Shown: piece after piece, positions 37,320 through 48,931 of the stretch | How the letters are laid out: each line of letters begins with the position of its first letter | Position numbering within the stretch: the first letter of the stretch is position 1 | Assembly (NCBI GenBank): GCA_003427395.1 | Contig: BFEA01000005.1 | Coordinates: 656,625-720,624, forward strand | Direction: 5' to 3' | From: Chara braunii | Lineage: Eukaryota > Plantae > Charophyceae | DNA: 64,000 nucleotides | Notes under the pieces: model-generated | Told to the model about the DNA's origin: nothing | Seen by the model: only the letters and a program-made list of their open reading frames with translations | Databases searched by the model: none | Made by a program: the position numbers and the translations under genes

Positions 37320-38710
37320 CACTTTGATCACCTACTATGACCCTATTGACTCACACCATCAGGTACTCCATCATCAACTTCTTCAGGATGTCAGTGTTTT
37401 GCGGCTCTGCTTCGACATCGACCTCGACTCCTACTTCATCGACGTCATTGACCACTTCGACGACTTCAACCATCTTATCGGCTTCAGCTACTTTGGACGT
37501 GACGACTTCACGCCACCACCCTACCCTGTACATTCCCTTGCATATGTCGCATGATGGTTCTCACTTAGCTGGGTCTCTTTGAGTTGGGCTCTCCCTTGGT
37601 ATCGCATAGGCATTGGGAACGCAGCGTTATCTTGGCTTCCTTGCTCCCAGATCTAGCTCCCTCCTCCCCCAGTCAGCGAGTTGTGTGCATGTTTCCCTCA
37701 CCCACTGCCCTCATCACCCTAGTGCCGCCCTTGCATGCCTTCAGTTAGGCATATCTCCACCCTATCCCAGGCTCCCCCTTTTTCATGGTCGACCTTGCAT
37801 GGTGTCCTCCTTTTGTCGAGCATTACCCGCCCTGATGGTCTATCTGTTAGAGTCATTGGTTTTGTTTTGCTACCACTCTCCCACCTTGAGCCTGATGACC
37901 TATCCCACCTTCATGTGTGACTGCCCTTAGGAGTTTCGATTCTTAGGCTGCATTCACCCCCTCTGAGACCATCCCACTCTTAATGGTTCAGCGACACAAC
38001 ATTATCTTGTGCCATATTGCTCTTTTTCCTTTCAGCATTGAGGCAATTGCCTCCAGGACTTTAGGATTGTATATTGCTACATTTCATTTTCTGCTGTTAG
38101 TTAGGATATGTATACCAGACATTTGCTTTTCATTTGACATTATGTAGCTTAGGTTGTATCGCATGGACTCCGCATGGAGCTTGCTCCGCATCCTAGATTT
38201 CTCAACTTTCTTTATTGCAGAGTTCCGCTGCTTTTGCGGATAGCGTGTTTATGGCTCTTGCGATCCATTACAGGTCTGAGGATTGTGCAGTGGGCCTTCA
38301 TTTGCCCTGACCTACAACCAGGGCCTATTTGGCTATTTGCCAGTTCGGCCTGTGGGACCAGGCCGTGGCCTGACCCCACAGGCCGTGTGCTGTTCCAGTC
38401 CTGCCTGGTACCACTGTCGGTACCAGGCCAATCCAGTCCAGTCAGTCAGTCCGTTGAGGGTATACCCCAACTGTTGTCTGTTTTTCGTCATTCTTAATTC
38501 TTGCGGTTGTTGGAGTACGTGCGGTGTTGAGTCTGTGTCGGAGCTGCACTGTCCCTTCCAGCTCCATCTCCACTTCCTCCTTCCTCAACCCCTTCTTCTC
38601 CATCCTGTCGGACCGCCATCCTGGCGGGTCCGCCACAGTCTGCCTGCTACGCTGATAGATGGGTTATGAGGGGCAGGCCAGCCCTATAGGGGAGATGAGT
38701 ATCGGGCGTC

Positions 38711-38863
38711 TATAAATAAGCACCGGCGGGGTTACCTTCCATTGGTTGTGATCGTCGTCCGGTCTGCGACGTTAAATCATTCCTGAGGACTTCGGGGGTT
38801 GTCCTTAAACGCCTCTTGATCAGCCAATCGGTTGGTGTAAGGATCGCTGCACGCGAGGGTAAA
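38711..38863 (+). ncRNA. Conserved TATA plus structured motif in the inferred chromovirus leader (copy 1)
   Basis: Near-match at 41130-41288 with a compensatory change in the closing stem. Confidence 0.5.
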
Positions 38864-39324
38864 CATTATGCAGGGTTGGCCAGCTCAGCATATACTTGAG
38901 GCACAGGGGTGGGCCGTGTGCACACCTTTAGACACTCGGGCTGTCTGGATTGCTCAGGAACGCTGACGTCAAGCGACAACCAGGAAGAATTGAGGAAGGG
39001 TAGATTCCAGGTAATAAGTTTGAGGAAAATTCCATTCTGCCAACAGTCCCACAAATGATTCTATTTTTATTTTTGATTAGTTAAGATGTACTGCCATTGA
39101 CATCTGACAGACAACATTAAGTAGAAATCTGCTTTCTGTTTGTGGATTAATCAATTAAAAATAGTTTCGTTTGCAGGAATCTGGACTCACCTGTTGGACC
39201 CGAATGTGTAGACTCTGACATAGCCACGGATTAATTATTTTACTTATTTTGAATCGGTCTGTGCACTGTGCTGCGGTAGGCATCGAAGGTGACCGAGTGC
39301 AGACTGTGTGCGGTGTTGTAGCTT

Positions 39325-39627
39325 ATGAGTGACAGGGAGAACACTACCGAGGACGATAGGATCCTACGATCGGCAAGGCGCCCGTCAGCCCACGTGGCAT
39401 TAGGACCCGAGGGTGACGGACTCCTGTTCCGCCAACTTAGGGAGAGGCAGCAGCAGCAACGAAGAGCTAGGACCGCAGAGGCAAGTAGGGCGTTTGCAAG
39501 CGAAGCTGCTACTTCCGCAGCCATGGCCACAGTTGCACAGCAAAGCTCCCAGGCCAGTAGTTCAGGGACTAACCCTGAGTCAGTCTGTTGGTGTCATGGC
39601 AAGCCAGCAGTTGGTGCTGACTCCTGA
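39325..39627 (+). pseudogene. Truncated gag-like N-terminus (probably family Y)
   Basis: MSDRENTTEDDRILRSARR..RERQQQQRRAR, low-complexity and gag-like; abuts a partial Y LTR. Confidence 0.45.
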
Positions 39628-39707
39628 GGGGATCGCCATACAGAGAGCAGATGCTCAAGAAGCACAACTATGCATGGTACATCTCATAGCACGAGTGTAC
39701 CATGGCG

Positions 39708-40498
39708 TGGGTGTTTGGGCATGCCTAACCAATTCCGTCCCAGACCACTCTTTGAATTGGGCCTGGGCGCAGACACTTTGGCCGAGACTGAAGCGACCGG
39801 AAACTCGGTCTCGCGTGGGGGTAGCAAAGGCAAGCGCCCGCCTCTTTCCATATAGGAAAGGGCAGGGTGCAGGGCTGGTTAGTCGGGCAATAGCAAGCAC
39901 ATGCGGCAGCGCTGCTGGAGCTAGCGCTCGGGGGCGGGGCTGCTGCTGCGCTAGAGTGTGGGCAAGTGTGTGCACGCGCGTGCGGTCGTGCGAGAAGGCA
40001 GGGTGCTGCTGAGGGCAGCGCCATAGCCAACCCCACGTAGTTGGGGCTCGTCTTGGACATATCCAGTGGAGGTGGTGGTGGTCTTCGTGGACGAGGGAAA
40101 AGACATGGGTGATGAAGTCAAGGTAGAGAGGGAGAGATGAGGTTGATGAGGGGAGGGCACGTACCTGGTCTTGGTGATGGTCTACAAGGGTCGACATCTT
40201 CGTGTACTTCGGTTCTGCTGCTGATATCAACAGGATGCATTGTCAATTCGTAGGCTGCTAGTAAGCTGTGTGATCGTAGTCTGGGCGCTGAGCGCCAAGT
40301 AGGATGAAGGACTCGGGATACATATGTTGGTGGTGGCGAGAGTATGCTCTCATTGACATTCGGATTCGGTGCTTTGTTTCCCCGTTGGTGGAATATCAGT
40401 GGATTACTGCTTTTTGGACAGTGTTTGGACTTGCTGGCTTTCAATGTGATTTTGCACTCGGGATTTCTGTCATTTTTCCATCGCTCATTTTCCTTGCA
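39708..40498 (+). repeat. Family Y LTR, 5'-truncated copy
   Basis: Homologous to 50772-51566 and 58831-59644; ends TTCCTTGCA. Confidence 0.9.
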
Positions 40499-40501
40499 AT
40501 T

Positions 40502-40513
40502 TGGTATCAGACC
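40502..40513 (+). promoter_or_regulatory. Primer binding site, tRNA-iMet type
   Basis: TGGTATCAGACC, 3 nt after the LTR-terminal CA. Confidence 0.85.
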
Positions 40514-41129
40514 TGGTTCGAGCCGCTCCTCTGGCTCCTTCGCAATAGCTGTTTGGTGCTTCGCTGGATATGGTGGGGCAGTGATAACGCTTGTGCGTGG
40601 GAATAGTGGTGGCCCAGTGTCGTCTGGGCACGCCCGGAAGGCTATGTGGTGATATAGGGGTGCATGCTGGATGATGAGAGCTTGCTGACGTAGCAATTTA
40701 AGTCGAGGTGGAACTGCATTGTATTGTGGGTTGTGTCGAGGCATCGACCGGTCATCATAAATGCACGCCAGGTTACTGGTGAGAAATCTGTGGTTGGGGG
40801 CAGCATTATGAGGTACGTTGCTCCTTACCTTATCTACCCTCTTCGTTACTTTTTGCCGTGAGGAAGTGAGTTTTGTCTTGATAGTCCTCTCATTGTGAGG
40901 TGTCGCGAGCGCTCAACCTTGAGAGTCAACATTCTTCCGGGGGAGCAAGCTGGTGGGAGACGGGCGTTGCCTCTGAAGGGCCCTGGACGAAGCACTCGGG
41001 TCACAGTCACCATGCCAACCCGTTGGGATTAGTACACACATGCTTTGCCGCTTGTCCTTTGTTCTGCTTGTTGCACTGTAGAGGGAACATGGATTGACCA
41101 GTCCTATGCGAGACGTCTACCAGACTGTC

Positions 41130-41288
41130 TATAAATTATTTTTGGCGGGATCTAATATGAATACTGGTTGTGATCGTCGTCCTGTCTGTGACGTTAAATA
41201 ATTCCTGAGGACCTTGGGGGTTGTCCGTAAACTGCCTCTTGATCAGCCAGATCAATCGGATGGAAGGCTCGTTGCACATGAGGATAAA
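41130..41288 (+). ncRNA. Conserved TATA plus structured motif (copy 2)
   Basis: Homolog of 38711-38863, about 620 nt downstream of the PBS. Confidence 0.5.
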
Positions 41289-41844
41289 TAAATAAATTCA
41301 CAAAGTCAAATTTTGTCTAACTCCCTGATTTAGTGAAAATTTGGGCAGCACCTCCCCTCGAAAAGTAGGCTTCCCAAATTTTAACTAAACCAGATATGAA
41401 CTTTGGCAAAAGTCGAAGTTTGCAAAGACAAAATTTGACTAACTCTTTGGATTTGCATAAATTTGGGCAGCACTTCCCTTAGCGAAAGTAACTTTCCAAA
41501 ATTTATACAAAGTCAAGTATGAGAAAATAAACTTATCCCATAAAATGCAAAAATTGAACTAACTCTTATGAAAAACAAACTTAACTCAGAAAATGCAAGA
41601 ATTCACCTAACCCCTATAGCTCTGGTGCATGGTGAGCATCTAAAGCAACTACCTATCAAAGTTGACACTCATACTAAGTAGAGCTCTCACTCAATCTCAT
41701 ACAAGTCCATACCACAATGGGTAAGCAACCCAAGTTGTTTTCTTATAGGATAGTTCATTGATCCTCCAGATGATTGTCCCTTTACCCATCTTACATATGG
41801 CATGACGCTAGACCATTCAGCTTAGGAACAATGTCTATCATGCC

Positions 41845-42887
41845 CAGGGTTGTCGAGCCCCGGCCCCGGGGCCCCGNNNNNNNNNNNNNNNNNNNNNNNN
41901 NNNNNNNNNNNNNNNNNNNNNNNNNNNNNNNNNNNNNNNNNNNNNNNNNNNNNNNNNNNNNNNNNNNNNNNNNNNNNNNNNNNNNNNNNNNNNNNNNNNN
42001 NNNNNNNNNNNNNNNNNNNNNNNNNNNNNNNNNNNNNNNNNNNNNNNNNNNNNNNNNNNNNNNNNNNNNNNNNNNNNNNNNNNNNNNNNNNNNNNNNNNN
42101 NNNNNNNNNNNNNNNNNNNNNNNNNNNNNNNNNNNNNNNNNNNNNNNNNNNNNNNNNNNNNNNNNNNNNNNNNNNNNNNNNNNNNNNNNNNNNNNNNNNN
42201 NNNNNNNNNNNNNNNNNNNNNNNNNNNNNNNNNNNNNNNNNNNNNNNNNNNNNNNNNNNNNNNNNNNNNNNNNNNNNNNNNNNNNNNNNNNNNNNNNNNN
42301 NNNNNNNNNNNNNNNNNNNNNNNNNNNNNNNNNNNNNNNNNNNNNNNNNNNNNNNNNNNNNNNNNNNNNNNNNNNNNNNNNNNNNNNNNNNNNNNNNNNN
42401 NNNNNNNNNNNNNNNNNNNNNNNNNNNNNNNNNNNNNNNNNNNNNNNNNNNNNNNNNNNNNNNNNNNNNNNNNNNNNNNNNNNNNNNNNNNNNNNNNNNN
42501 NNNNNNNNNNNNNNNNNNNNNNNNNNNNNNNNNNNNNNNNNNNNNNNNNNNNNNNNNNNNNNNNNNNNNNNNNNNNNNNNNNNNNNNNNNNNNNNNNNNN
42601 NNNNNNNNNNNNNNNNNNNNNNNNNNNNNNNNNNNNNNNNNNNNNNNNNNNNNNNNNNNNNNNNNNNNNNNNNNNNNNNNNNNNNNNNNNNNNNNNNNNN
42701 NNNNNNNNNNNNNNNNTGTTGGGTGCGGGGGTGCGGGGTGCGGGGGTGTTGGGGGCGGGGGTGCGGGGTTGGGGCAGGGCCGGGGTTGATTTTGCGGGGG
42801 CGGGGGTCGGGTAGCCCCGCGGCGGGGGTCCGGGGTTGAAACCCCTACCCCGGCTTGGGCCCCGGGGATCCCCGCGTGACAACGCTG
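41845..42887. mobile_element. hAT-type non-autonomous DNA transposon (interior mostly gap)
   Basis: TIR CAGGGTTGTC / GACAACGCTG; 8-bp TSD ATCATGCC (41837-41844, 42888-42895); GC-rich subterminal repeats. Confidence 0.9.
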
Positions 42888-43131
42888 ATCATGCCTTAGA
42901 TTATACACGAACAGTTTGCACAACTACTTTCTCTTCATTGTGCATGTGACTAAGCCATTTAACTTAGAAACCCTGCTTAGTCGCCCTGAGCTGTTTAATA
43001 TCCACCTGTCTTCAAAATATGGGTAGGGGACTGAGCCATTCAACTTAGAAACAATTATCAGTTTGTCCAGTTTACTTCCGATTATACTTTTTACTTTATC
43101 TCTCGTCTTAGTGATTTGGCTTAAACTGAAC

Positions 43132-43651
43132 CATAGCTAAGCCGGACCGGACCCCTGACCGAATCCAGGCCCCGGATCCGCACAGAATCCGGGCCCCCGA
43201 ATCCGAAACTTCCGGGCCCTTTTCTGACTTCCGGAACACCGAAATTTTGTGCAGGATTTTGACCGGTCCGGATCCCCTTTCTGTATGCCCATCCGAATGT
43301 ATCGTATTTTTCGAAAAAAAAACAACAACACGTACTTATATACATTACCTCGGTGTGTTGTCATATTCGCAATTACTCGAAAAAAGCATGACTGTCGGTG
43401 TGTGTGTAGGATGAGCAAAATTGAAATGTATCTTCAGCCAGAACATGGACATATACACTGCCACATTTTTTTTCTTTTTCTTTTCGTGTGTGCATTAACT
43501 GAGCAGCCTGCCAATGTGCAAAATGAGAAGGAATCTTCCACAAGAACATAGGAAGATACACCGCGACCAACAGATATATTGAAAAGAAATCCCGATGTGA
43601 GTATGGACTAAGGTGTTGTCAGATGCAAATGTCCCCACGTGCGCGTGTGTT

Positions 43652-43682
<31 letters not shown>

Positions 43683-43821
43683 GATGACGACAACGACTAT
43701 AACAGACATGACGATGAAGACAACTATAACGGACATGACGACAACAACGACTATAACGGACATGACGACGACGACTATAACGGACATAACGACGACGACG
43801 ACTATAACAGAAATGACGACG

Positions 43822-43882
<61 letters not shown>

Positions 43883-43917
43883 GAGGAAGACGACGATGAC
43901 TATAACGGACATGACGA

Positions 43918-43949
<32 letters not shown>

Positions 43950-44097
43950 GAGGAGGAAAAGGAGGAGGAGGAGGAAGAGGAGGTGGAGTAGGAGGAGGAA
44001 GAGGAGGTGGAGTAGGAGGAGGAAGAGGAGGTGGAGTAGGAGGACGACCATAATAGAGAGCGGAGATGACGACCACACGAGAGATAGATAGATAGAT

Positions 44098-44157
<60 letters not shown>

Positions 44158-44549
44158 AGTCACTCGCGCTGCTTCACCCTGCTGCACGCGCCGCTCCACA
44201 CGCTGGTCGCCGCACAGCTGCTCGCTACTCCCTCACGCACACGTTGCCGCTACGGGAAGATGCCTTCAAAAAATGGTGCGGGGGAAGAACTGTTGCTTTC
44301 GAAACGTGGCGGCCGCGAACTGCCCCCCTACGATTACCCAAAAAAAAAAAAAACGAACCAAAGGCCCAAAAATTATGGCCCATTTTTTTTTGGGCGGCCC
44401 AGGGCGTGAAAAAACGCCCTGGGCCGCCCAAACAAATTTTGGCCGTTGACCTGGAGGCCCTCCATCCGGACCGGTTACCAAAAAGTGGTACCAGATCCCA
44501 GATCCCGGAGAGTCCGGATCCTTTTTCGGGGGTCCGGATCGTAGCCATG
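43132..44549. mobile_element. hAT-type non-autonomous DNA transposon with a microsatellite-rich interior
   Basis: TIR CATAGCTA..CCGGACC / GGTCCGGATCGTAGCCATG; TSD AACTGAAC / AAATGAAC; TCCGG subterminal repeats. Confidence 0.85.
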
Positions 44550-47500
44550 AAATGAACCATTCGGTTTGGAAACAATGTCCAGCTGCCTGTTCATATGCAG
44601 ATATAGATAGAGTATTTTCAATTATACTCTTTTGTGCTTAGTGTGTGGTTTCAGGCTCAACCATTCGGCTTGGAAACAATGCCTAGCCTTTCACCAAAAT
44701 CCTTCCTCAGAATAAAACAAAAGATTGGACCATTCAACTTAATAACAATGTCCAATTTATCCCAAGTCACACAAAAGCATGAAGTTTGACCATTTAGGCC
44801 AACTTCTGTTAGAAACCCCAAAGGAAACAGAGAGACTATAAGCCTTTCAACTTAGTAACAATGCTTGGTCTCGAAGATTAGCCAGGCAAGCCCTCTAAAA
44901 ATAAACACAACAACCAGGTCATTCAGCTTGGAAACGATACCCGGTCCTTCATAAAATAAGCAAGAAACATATCTCTGGGCCATTCAAGTTAGAAACAATG
45001 CCCAACCTTTGGTTGACCCGTTCAAGTGCATGCAAAACCACCTTCCTCCCACCTTCCCCCAGTTCATCCCTTAATCTGCTTTTAGTCAGAATAAAATGAA
45101 ACTAATTTTTTACGCATGCATCCCTTCCAGTTAATTTGATTTAGTTCTGAACGGAAAGCAAAAATCATAGGGGAACGCACGCATACACACCAAACAAACT
45201 AGAAGGATGTAGTCAAAATAGGGGTATAGTGGGTTCAAACAGGACAAAGGAGGTTACCTGACAATTCTCTGCCTCTAGAACCTCCTAGGTTTCGACAAAG
45301 CTCCCGCAATCGATGTGCCGAACCTCCCACATAGGCCTTGGCACGAATTACGGGTTGCAATCCCGCCTGCCGCCTTCCTCTCTGAACCAATAGACTAGAC
45401 TGAGAGTAAGAAGGGTAAAGGAACATGAGAGGGCCTTGTTGCCTTGACGCGCCCGAGGGCTCCGCAGTGGCAGCCAAAAGTGCAGTTGAGATGGTTAAAC
45501 CTAGTCAAAGCGCAGAGCCACGACCTTCTAACAGCCCTCCAAGTCGCAGGGATGACCCCTTCACAAAGTGTAATCACTCCCTCCTAGTTACAATGTCTTT
45601 CCCCCTAACTAAGACCCCTGTGCGCAGCCTGGACAGGTTGTGTTCAAATAGAGCCCACCCCGTGTGCTCTATTCGAAACGTCAGCAGAACGTGGCCGAAC
45701 ACGGCAACCACTCACAGCAGCAAGGCACCATGGCAGCGTACGGCCCCAAACGTCAATGCCACAACACTGCTCAACAAGAGTTATGGTACATCTCATAGCA
45801 CGAGTGTACCATGGCGCTGCGGCGAAGCATGGTGAAGTACAACGAAGCGTAGTAAGAACACAGAGTGCGTACTGCAAAAACACAATGTGCGCATATCGGA
45901 TGACCAGCCAATATGCAGTAAATTACAGGGCCGCTCAACAAGGCTTTGCAAATGGCGAGCTCAACAAGCCCAAAAAGTGAAAAAACGACTTTCAACGAAC
46001 CGCAGCAGCTCGGACTTAAACCGCTCGGTAGTTTGGATGGAGTTCAGTCAACCCAGCAAGACTAGAATCACACCAAAAAGTGCTTTAATCTTTGCGAACT
46101 ACAGCTACCAGTCGTTTCTTCAGCAAAAACGCAGTGATCACCACCAACAAAATGGCGAGCAACATCGTAATCAAGAACCATTTTGTTGCTGACGAGGTCG
46201 AGGCCGCTGGTCCAAAAACGATTTTTCAGCAGGCCAACCTTTGCGGAGACGCTTACTCCACCAACTAAGAACGACCTTGCACCACTACCCATGGAATCAA
46301 GAAAAAACTCTCAACTTGTCATCCCTTCCCATGCCTAGCTGCCAAGAATGGCCACATACCATGCTCGGCCGTCCGACAAGCATCGTCTTGCTTGTTCGGG
46401 GCTGCTCATCATCAGCGGTTGGGTAAGGTTTTCTTCGCCTCTCTCCAGTCTTTCTCCCGATTCGTCCACTTTTCGTCAATTCACTCTCTCCCTCGATGCA
46501 TTTGACCGACCTTCTCGTCTAGATTCACTCTACTTTTCCCAACATGCAAAATGAAACTCGCACTAGAATATGGGCAGATACATCGCCAGATAGGCGTTCC
46601 CAACGTTCAGTCACTCACACGACCTCAGTTTCTCCGCGGTTAGCACTTCGGATTCTCTCTCTCTCTCCTTTATATCTTCTACTCTCTTTCCTCAATGTAC
46701 TCTCTCCACCATTCTCGCAACTCTCATATCCTAGTTGCCTTTTCGACCCCTTACAACAGCGAAGCCTGCTACCATGGAGATATGCACCGTGGTAGGGAAA
46801 TCAAGCGCCACCATCACGGCGACAAGCCTCACTAGGAGCAAGCGCCGCATCAAGAGACATTGAAGCAATGAGCATTGAGGCCGCCAAGCATCAACGATCG
46901 AGACAACAACAATGATCTCAGATGCAAGGGAACTGAACTCCGCGACCAGGAGCTCGCTCAGGCAACAATCCCGATTGTGGGTCCTAGTCCACTACTCACT
47001 GAATACACCAGATGAGAATGAATCTTCCACTAGAACATTCAAAGATAAGTATAAAAATTGCCTGCTGTTGTCCTCACTGGCTCCACTATGTTCTGCCCCT
47101 CTCAAGCGTGGTGGTTGAGAGTCCACCTTCCACTAGAACACTGCTGGGTGCATCTTCCGAAGCGACCCCCACGACGAGCAGGGTCAGGATCAGGATGACG
47201 AGCATCACCCGGGTCTCGATGATGACCACTAGCAGTAGTAGGCCGATCGCTGCACGTGGCAGTACGGTCACCATGATGATGGCGCAAACTCGAGCAACAC
47301 CTAGATGGACACGGCGACCTCAACCACCACGAACGCGATAACGATTAGCACCAGGACGAAGATTGCGGCCGCTGCTACTATGGCGAGCACGACAAGAAGC
47401 GGGGAGATGAGTACTATGAGGAATCGACCAACGAGCACCACGACAAATAAGCTCGGCCATGACCACGGGCCATAGGGACGACCCCAAGCTTGCCTCGGTC

Positions 47501-47673
47501 GGCCACTGCCATGGGCCTCGCTCTGCACTCCCGCTCTGTAAGCTTTGTAGCAGGCCTGCGCCTTCACGAGCACGGATGCACTCCGACAAGGTAAGCATAT
47601 TCACTTTCCTCGACTTCCTTTTCTCCCATCGCCAAAACGCATCCTCACGTGCAGCCCTTGACTTCATGTCGAC

Positions 47674-48113
47674 CTACGTAGCACCGTGTTCGCGTTCGGA
47701 GGCGAACACGAACATGTTCGCCTGAACGCGAACAAGCGCCCAAAACCCTCCGAACGCGAANGTGCCAAGTTTGTTATTAGAACTTAGTTTATACTTTATA
47801 GTAACTTTGTGCTAAGTTTGTTATTAGAACTCCAAACGACCACGCTGCCTCTCCAGCTGTCTCTTATACACATCTAGATGTGTATAAGAGACAGCAACAA
47901 TACAAGCAATTTTTGCCTTGGAGTCATGTTCAAATTCGTAGCCAATCATGAGTTAAAAATCAAAAACCGAAAAATTAATTATTATTATTATTTATTTTTT
48001 TACCCAAAAAAAATTTATGTTCGCCCGAACATGTTCGTAAGCTATTCGCGCGAATGCGCGAACACGTTCGCCCGAACGTGAAGGGGCGCGAACACGTTCG
48101 GCGTGCTACGCAG
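47674..48113. mobile_element. hAT-type MITE (interior mis-assembled)
   Basis: TIR CTACGTAGCAC / GTGCTACGCAG; TSD ATGTCGAC (47666-47673, 48114-48121); GTTCG/CGAAC subterminal repeats. Confidence 0.9.
47762..47894. other. Chimeric mate-pair read with Nextera junction adapter (artifact)
   Basis: Adapter at 47857-47894; the preceding 95 bp duplicate 55129-55223. Confidence 0.97.
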
Positions 48114-48567
48114 ATGTCGACTACTCTATTGACCCAACATGAGAACTAACCTCCCCATCGCATTCGCCCTGATTGAGAACCCCAATTTAGAATCTTACCT
48201 CGGTCGATTCCATCAAGAAACGATCGAGATTCACTTTCTTCACCCCCGTTTCTACTTCGATCAAGTTCGATGGAAGCGCATCACACCCATGTGCAACCTT
48301 GAACGCCCGTACTAACCTATTTGTTAACCCATTCCAAAAACTAGCGCCGTAAATCAACTCGTGGGGTCCCAAAACCTTAGTTTCATATCTTTGTTCGGCC
48401 CCTTTCGTTAAGAATCAGGCAAACTATGCGCCTTTTTCCCCGTTATACCCATCTCTCCTTCTGTCTCCACCATCTTCTTTGTTGCACGTATCTAGCGCGG
48501 ATCCGCGCCAGATTCATTCCTTCCTTCAATGCCTCGCGCCCCGACTGTGCCAACAGCGCGCTAACCC

Positions 48568-48931
48568 AGACACCACTAGACGGTGGTCATGGAAGTCAAA
48601 ATCCGCCAAGGAAAGTGTAGCAACTCACTTGCCGAATCATTCAGCCCCGACAATGGACGGCGCTAGAGCGCACGACCTATGCTCGGACGTCGGGGCAACT
48701 CCGACGCCGCAACAAGCAGGAGGGCGCGGGGCCTGCTATGTGAGCCCAGGTGAGGAGGGTCCTAGTGCAGATTTTGGTGGTAGCAGCAAATATTCAAATG
48801 GGAACTTTGAAAGCCGAAGTGGAGAAGGGTTCCATGTGAACCGCGGTGCAGCTAGCATCGCTGCGGGCCTCCCGACAGTGACCTGGGCCGCCTTTGAAGG
48901 CCGAAGTGGAGAAGTGTCCCATGTGAACAGC
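48568..48931 (+). pseudogene. Degenerate LSU rRNA fragment with an internal duplication
   Basis: GACGGTGGTCATGGAAGTC..ATCCGCCAAGGA..CAACTCACTTGCCGAATCA..GTGCAGATTTTGGTGGTAGCAGCAAATATTCAAATGGGAACTTTGAA..GGTTCCATGTGAAC. Confidence 0.9.

Noticed and set aside
48568-48931. Functional rDNA locus
   Set aside because: Short, mutated, internally duplicated fragment with no neighbouring rRNA sequence
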